Source of the DNA: Myxococcota bacterium
Lineage (GTDB): Bacteria; Myxococcota; UBA4151
DNA: 18,038 bases
NCBI GenBank assembly: GCA_040260805.1
Contig: JBDQPD010000067.1
Span: forward strand, 1-18,038
Direction: 5' to 3'
This document shows positions 13,154 through 18,038 of the stretch, one piece after another. Position numbers and translations under genes: made by a program. Numbering within the stretch: position 1 is the stretch's first letter; the number at the start of each line of letters is the position of its first letter. Under the pieces are notes generated by a model. That model did not search any database, was not told where the DNA came from, and worked only from the letters and a program-made list of their open reading frames with translations.

Positions 13154-13629
13154 AGCGGGCAGTCTACGCTGGCAGTTTCGATCCCCTGACCAATGGGCAT
13201 CTCGATATTATCGAGCGCGGTCTAATGATCGCTGATGAGTTGGTGGTCGCGGTGGCGGTCAACACCAGTAAGGGTGGGGGGTTGTTTAGCTTCGATGAGC
13301 GCGTGGAGTTGATCCGTGCGGTGGTCGGAGACGACCCTCGTGTTCAAGTTCTACAACTTGACGGTTTGCTGACTGAATTTTGTCGACGGGAGAATATCCA
13401 GCTGATGCTGCGTGGTTTGCGAGCGGTCGCCGACTTCGAGAAGGAGCTGCAGATGGCGAATATGAATCGTCAGCTCGCCGGTGAGATCGAGACCGTCTTC
13501 TTGATGACCGACGCGCCGCATTTTTATGTGAGCAGCTCGTTGGTGCGTGAGATCGCCCACCTGGGCGGACCGATCGATCAGTTTGTCCCTGAGAAGGTTG
13601 CGGCTGCCGTTCGAGAGCGTCTTTCTTGA
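13150..13629 (+). CDS. coaD: Phosphopantetheine adenylyltransferase
   Basis: [48 protein letters not shown] overlap with rsmD. Confidence 0.97.
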   Translation: MKRAVYAGSFDPLTNGHLDIIERGLMIADELVVAVAVNTSKGGGLFSFDERVELIRAVVGDDPRVQVLQLDGLLTEFCRRENIQLMLRGLRAVADFEKELQMANMNRQLAGEIETVFLMTDAPHFYVSSSLVREIAHLGGPIDQFVPEKVAAAVRERLS

Positions 13630-14807
13630 ACGCTCGACTTGCCAACCGAGTAGCTCGCCTGCTGCCCTCGCCAACCCTTGCGGTGTCGAGTAAAGCCAAG
13701 GCGATGAGCGCTGCGGGGCGCCCGGTGATCTCGTTAGCGGCTGGCGAGCCGGACCTGCCGACGCCGACGGTCGCCGTGGAAGCGGCGATGAAAGCCTTAC
13801 TTGATGGCGCAACACGCTACACCCCAGTCAAAGGGATCCCGACGCTTTGCCAGGCGATCGCCGACGACTCTGAGCGAGCGCGAGGCTACCGTCATGACCC
13901 GAGCCGAGAGGTGGTGGTAACGGTCGGCGCTAAGCAGGCTTTGTTCAACGTGTTTCAGGTTTTGCTCGATCAAGGGGATGAGGTTCTTTTACCACTCCCA
14001 AGCTGGGTGAGTTATGCACCTCAGGTTGATCTCGCAGGTGGAGTCGCTGTCTCCGTCGAGGGGCAGCCAGAGGACGGGTTCTTTCCGACTGTAGACGCCC
14101 TTGAGGCGGTGGTTGGCGACCGGACGCGCGCGCTGGTGTTGACCTCTCCGAGTAATCCCACCGGGATGGTTGCGACGCCGGAGCAGGTCCAGTCAGTGAG
14201 TCAGTGGGCGGCTGAGCGAGGGATCATGGTGGTCAGCGATGAGATCTACCGCCGGATTCGATTCTCAGATGCGCCGGAGGTGGTGAGTCCGCTTGCGTTT
14301 GTCTCACCGGAGCATGTGGTCGTCATTGATGGGGTCTCTAAGAGCCACTGCATGACCGGCTGGCGTATCGGGTGGGCGCTCGGTCCCGAGCCCGTGATCT
14401 CGGCGATGATCAAGATACAGAGTCATCAGACCTCCAACCCGACCGCAGTGTCGCAGCATGCAGCCTTAGCTGCGCTGCGCAGCGCCGAAGACCATGTCGC
14501 GACCTTGGTTCAAAGTCTTGAGGGCAGGCGTGATCAGTTTATTGATCGCTTGACCCAGATCGAAGGCTTGGGTGTGCTGCGGCCTCAAGGTGCATTTTAT
14601 ACCTTCGTCGACGTGGGCTTGTTTCTCGCACCGGGTGAGGATGATGTCGCGTTTTGTGAGGCCTTGCTTGAGGATCAAGCGGTGGCGGTAGTCCCTGGCA
14701 CCGCCTTTGGTGCGCCGGGTTGGCTTCGGATGAGCATCGCCGTGTCCTCTGAGGACCTCGATGTCGCCGCAGATCGACTTGAAGCATTTGTGAATGGACG
14801 CCGCTAA
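13626..14807 (+). CDS. PLP-dependent class I/II aminotransferase, aspartate aminotransferase-like
   Basis: GEPDLPTP, YTPVKGI, GAKQAL, PSWVSY, SPSNPTG, SDEIY, PLP-lysine motif GVSKSHCMTGWRIGW, PQGAFY, VPGTAFG, WLRMS. TTG start overlaps the coaD TGA. Confidence 0.9.
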   Translation: MNARLANRVARLLPSPTLAVSSKAKAMSAAGRPVISLAAGEPDLPTPTVAVEAAMKALLDGATRYTPVKGIPTLCQAIADDSERARGYRHDPSREVVVTVGAKQALFNVFQVLLDQGDEVLLPLPSWVSYAPQVDLAGGVAVSVEGQPEDGFFPTVDALEAVVGDRTRALVLTSPSNPTGMVATPEQVQSVSQWAAERGIMVVSDEIYRRIRFSDAPEVVSPLAFVSPEHVVVIDGVSKSHCMTGWRIGWALGPEPVISAMIKIQSHQTSNPTAVSQHAALAALRSAEDHVATLVQSLEGRRDQFIDRLTQIEGLGVLRPQGAFYTFVDVGLFLAPGEDDVAFCEALLEDQAVAVVPGTAFGAPGWLRMSIAVSSEDLDVAADRLEAFVNGRR

Positions 14808-15669
14808 AGCCGTTGAAATAGTGCGAGCAACGACGCCTGGCCGGGCGCCCTTTGCCATCGCATTTTCAGCCGGTTTTGATAGCGCAGCGTTGGCGCGGCT
14901 AGCGCTCGATGCCGACCGATACCCTACTCTTTTGCATGTTGATCATCAAACAGATCATTCGTCACTGGCGCGCCAGCGCGCCGTGGAGATCGCCGATGAA
15001 CTCGGACTCGAGCTGCGCGTGTTCGAAGCTCGTTTTGATGATTTGGGTGGCGGATTTGAGGCGAGCGCTCGAAGGGCGCGTTATCAGGCGTTGTCGGCAT
15101 ACCGTGACGGCCCGATCTGGTTAGCGCAGACACGAGATGATTATATCGAGACGGTTTGGTTACGACTTCTGAGTGGTTCTTCGCCGCTATTTTGGAAGAC
15201 GATGCCAAAGACTCGAGCTCAGTTTGAGCGCCCTGTGCTTGGCATCAGGCGCGCTGAACTACGCAAATGGTCAAGTGGTGCGTACGCCGATCCGATGAAC
15301 GACGATCCTGCCTTTGATCGGGTCTGGCTCCGGCAATCAGGAGCGCTTGAGCGGCTTGATCCCGACGGGCGGCTCGCCGATGCGCTCGCCAACTTGGGCG
15401 AACGAGTCCGTACACTCTCGGCAGAGGACTGGGACGTGCCCTTACACGACCTGCCGTCGGCGATTCGCCAGCTGTGTGTGCGCACTCAAATCGCTGCGCT
15501 GTTACCCACAGCGCGAGTGCGGACACGGTTTGTGCGTGAGGTGACTGAGGCCGCGGGGCGGCCAAGCGCGAAAACCCGCTGTTTTTCAGTCTCAAAAGGT
15601 TCGCTATACTTGCGGGGAGGTAAGTTGGTGCTTAACTCTAGTGTAGATGTCGCTCGTCACAGGCGGTAA
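14794..15669 (+). CDS. tilS: tRNA(Ile)-lysidine synthase TilS, short and divergent
   Basis: PP-loop-like AFSAGFDS, HVDH, FEASARRARY, DDYIET..LRL, RPVL, DPMND...DRVWLR. Sits in the classic tilS-ftsH-folP position. Confidence 0.82.
   Translation: MDAAKAVEIVRATTPGRAPFAIAFSAGFDSAALARLALDADRYPTLLHVDHQTDHSSLARQRAVEIADELGLELRVFEARFDDLGGGFEASARRARYQALSAYRDGPIWLAQTRDDYIETVWLRLLSGSSPLFWKTMPKTRAQFERPVLGIRRAELRKWSSGAYADPMNDDPAFDRVWLRQSGALERLDPDGRLADALANLGERVRTLSAEDWDVPLHDLPSAIRQLCVRTQIAALLPTARVRTRFVREVTEAAGRPSAKTRCFSVSKGSLYLRGGKLVLNSSVDVARHRR
15583..15610 (+). promoter_or_regulatory. Possible internal promoter for ftsH within the tilS 3' end
   Basis: TTTTCA (15583-15588), 16-bp spacer, TATACT (15605-15610), in a locally AT-rich stretch about 85 bp before the ftsH ATG. 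Confidence 0.35.
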
Positions 15670-15693
15670 CGTCGACCAAAGTAGGGAGTTCGC

Positions 15694-17646
15694 ATGCGTT
15701 CCAACTATCGAACACTAGCGGTCTGGGCGATTGTCCTTGGCTCGCTGTTCTTATTGGTTTCCTTGCGCACCGTTCGTCCCGATGAAGGGCGAGAGGTCAG
15801 CTTTTCTGAGCTCATGCAGACGGTCCACGAGCTGGATGAGAGCCAAGACTCGATGGCGAAGCTGACGGTCCAAGGTATGGATTGGCGACTCGAGCTGGAC
15901 CAAGGCCGTGATGTTCTGGTTGCGACCGGTCCGCTGACTGATGAGTTCGTCAACAAGGTGATGCCTGCGCACAAGGGCATGGTGGTCAACCTGAAGAAGG
16001 CCGAAGACACGAGCTTCTGGCAGAGCTTTTTGATCAGTTGGTTGCCAACCCTGTTACTGCTTGGGTTCTTCTTCATGTTCCTGCGCAATGTTCAGTCAGG
16101 CAGCGGCAAGGCGATGAGCTTCGGCAAGAACAAAGCTCGGATGCTCACTGAGGCGCAAAATACACACACTTTTGATGACGTCGCTGGCTGTGATGAGGCG
16201 AAGCGAGAACTCGAAGAGGTGGTTCATTTTCTTAGGGATCCACAAAAGTTTACTCGTTTAGGTGGCAAACTGCCCAAGGGCGTTTTGCTCATGGGCTCGC
16301 CGGGTACGGGTAAGACCTTGCTGGCTAAGGCGGTGGCTGGTGAAGCCAAGGTGCCCTTCTTTACGATCTCGGGATCTGATTTCGTCGAGATGTTCGTCGG
16401 GGTCGGCGCCTCTCGTGTTCGAGACCTTTTCGAGCAAGCCAAGAAGCACGCGCCATGCATCGTCTTCATCGATGAGATTGATGCCGTGGGTCGCCATCGT
16501 GGAGCAGGGCTTGGTGGCGGTCATGATGAGCGTGAACAGACGCTCAACCAGCTGCTGGTCGAGATGGACGGCTTTGAGTCCAATGAGGGCATCATCATCG
16601 TGGCAGGTACCAACCGCCCCGACGTCCTTGATCCGGCGCTCCTGCGCCCAGGGCGCTTTGACCGTCGAGTGACGGTCCCGCTGCCCGACCTCAAGGGGCG
16701 CGAGGCGATCCTCAAGGTCCACACCAAAGAGGTGCCTCTGGCACCCTCCGTCGAAATTCCGGTGATCGCACGATCGACTCCCGGATTTTCTGGAGCAGAC
16801 CTAGCCAACTTGATCAACGAGTCGGCGTTGCTTGCGGCGGTCAACGATGCGCACCGTGTTGAGACCGAACACATCGAGTCGGCGCGAGACAAAATTACGA
16901 TGGGCTCAGCTCGCCGCTCCATGGTCATGAGTGATGATCAGCGTCACGCAACGGCTGTTCACGAGTCGGGTCATGCGGTGATCGCGTTCTACACAAAGGG
17001 CGCAGACCCCCTTCACAAGGTGACTATTATTCCTCACGGGCGAGCGCTTGGGGTGACCATGCAGTTACCCGAAGAGGATCGCTACTGCATCAACCGGACC
17101 GACAGCTTGACTCAGATCAAGGTGTTGCTCGGCGGCTACTTAGCAGAGCGCAAGTACTTCGGTGAGGATGGAACGACTAGCGGGGTGAGCAATGACCTCA
17201 AGCGCGTCAAGCAGGTTGCGACGCGGATGGTGAGCGAGTTTGGCATGTCGAGCCTGGGCCCGATCTTTTACGGTGGCGACGGCGACGAGGTCTTTCTGGG
17301 TCGAGAGATGGCGACACGAGCAAGCAACCAGAGCGACGCAACGACTCGAGAGGTCGACCAAGAGCTGCGTAAGATCATCGAAGATTGCTACGATGAGGCG
17401 GAGAAGTTGCTTGAGGAGCGTAGTCGTGAGCTCGAGCTGCTCACGCAGGCTTTGTGCAGCCACGAGACGGTCAGCGGGGCCGAGGTTGAGTACCTGTTCG
17501 AGCACGGGGTCATGCCAGAGCGCGTGGTCCCTCAGCCTCCTACAGAGCCGGAATCCACGCCAGTCGCTGCCAGCGAAGCGGACACCTCTGACGATCAAGA
17601 TTCGACCGGCGATATTGGCGGAGGCTTGCTGCCGAATCCGGCTTAG
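15694..17646 (+). CDS. ftsH: ATP-dependent zinc metalloprotease FtsH
   Basis: Two TM helices, Walker A GSPGTGKT, pore loop FVEMFVGVG, Walker [24 protein letters not shown], zinc motif HESGH, and an acidic/Pro-rich tail. SD GGGAG. Confidence 0.98.
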   Translation: MRSNYRTLAVWAIVLGSLFLLVSLRTVRPDEGREVSFSELMQTVHELDESQDSMAKLTVQGMDWRLELDQGRDVLVATGPLTDEFVNKVMPAHKGMVVNLKKAEDTSFWQSFLISWLPTLLLLGFFFMFLRNVQSGSGKAMSFGKNKARMLTEAQNTHTFDDVAGCDEAKRELEEVVHFLRDPQKFTRLGGKLPKGVLLMGSPGTGKTLLAKAVAGEAKVPFFTISGSDFVEMFVGVGASRVRDLFEQAKKHAPCIVFIDEIDAVGRHRGAGLGGGHDEREQTLNQLLVEMDGFESNEGIIIVAGTNRPDVLDPALLRPGRFDRRVTVPLPDLKGREAILKVHTKEVPLAPSVEIPVIARSTPGFSGADLANLINESALLAAVNDAHRVETEHIESARDKITMGSARRSMVMSDDQRHATAVHESGHAVIAFYTKGADPLHKVTIIPHGRALGVTMQLPEEDRYCINRTDSLTQIKVLLGGYLAERKYFGEDGTTSGVSNDLKRVKQVATRMVSEFGMSSLGPIFYGGDGDEVFLGREMATRASNQSDATTREVDQELRKIIEDCYDEAEKLLEERSRELELLTQALCSHETVSGAEVEYLFEHGVMPERVVPQPPTEPESTPVAASEADTSDDQDSTGDIGGGLLPNPA

Positions 17647-17658
17647 CAAGCGGTGACG

Positions 17659-18038
17659 ATGCCTCAACCGCCATGGCTGAGTGACGACCGCCCTGTGATC
17701 ATGGGCATCCTTAACCTGACCCCTGATTCATTTAGCGACGGCGGTGAACTCACCGATTTGAGCGCGGTTTTACGGCGCGCTGAGGCTATGGTTGGCGCGG
17801 GTGCACACCTGCTGGACCTTGGCGCGGTCAGCACACGCCCGGGTGCGCCTGAGGTTTCGGCGCAAGAAGAGATGCGCCGTCTCTTACCCGCACTAGAGGC
17901 TTTAGCGACGGAGGGCTTCGCGGCGCTAAGCGTCGATACGTTTCGTGCCTCAGTCGCCGCTGAAGCCCTCGATCGTGGGGTGGTGATGATCAACGATGTG
18001 CGCGGCGGTCACGAGGCGGGAATGCTTGAGCTTATGGC
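17659..18038 (+). CDS. folP: Dihydropteroate synthase, N-terminal part (runs off the window; not in the supplied ORF track)
   Basis: Manual translation from ATG 17659 (or GTG 17653): MPQPPWLSDDRPVIMGILNLTPDSFSDGG...DLGAVSTRPGA...EEMRRLLP...LSVDTFRASVA...MINDVRG. Follows ftsH as usual. Confidence 0.95.
   Translation, partial: MPQPPWLSDDRPVIMGILNLTPDSFSDGGELTDLSAVLRRAEAMVGAGAHLLDLGAVSTRPGAPEVSAQEEMRRLLPALEALATEGFAALSVDTFRASVAAEALDRGVVMINDVRGGHEAGMLELM

Noticed and set aside
17527..17646. Low-complexity Pro/acidic C-terminal tail of FtsH
   Set aside because: Disordered tails are common in FtsH proteins, and there is no tandem DNA repeat here.
17812..17847. FolP loop variant DLGAVSTRPG (canonical DIGGESTRPG) as a possible sul-like resistance allele
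   Set aside because: The gene is in the chromosomal ftsH-folP context with no mobile features, variation at this position is common, and the Sul-diagnostic region lies beyond the window end.

Overview
GC-rich bacterial core-genome segment; the gene order and protein styles suggest a deltaproteobacterial/Myxococcota-like organism (inference). All 17 genes are on the + strand and tightly packed: sdhA (5'-truncated), sdhB, a YcgR-like PilZ-domain gene, sucC, sucD, an IHF/HU subunit, carB, greA, truD, an RluA-family pseudouridine synthase, rpsA, rsmD, coaD, an aspartate-aminotransferase-like gene, tilS, ftsH and folP (3'-truncated, absent from the ORF track). I see no mobile elements, CRISPR, tRNA/rRNA or defence genes, and no clearly novel multi-gene system. 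The points most worth follow-up are a c-di-GMP-receptor-like PilZ gene inside the TCA-cycle cluster, a structured sucC leader with a strong-SD Phe-rich mini-ORF and mutually exclusive helices, a short TilS with degenerate motifs, and a perfect IHF consensus site in the rpsA upstream region.
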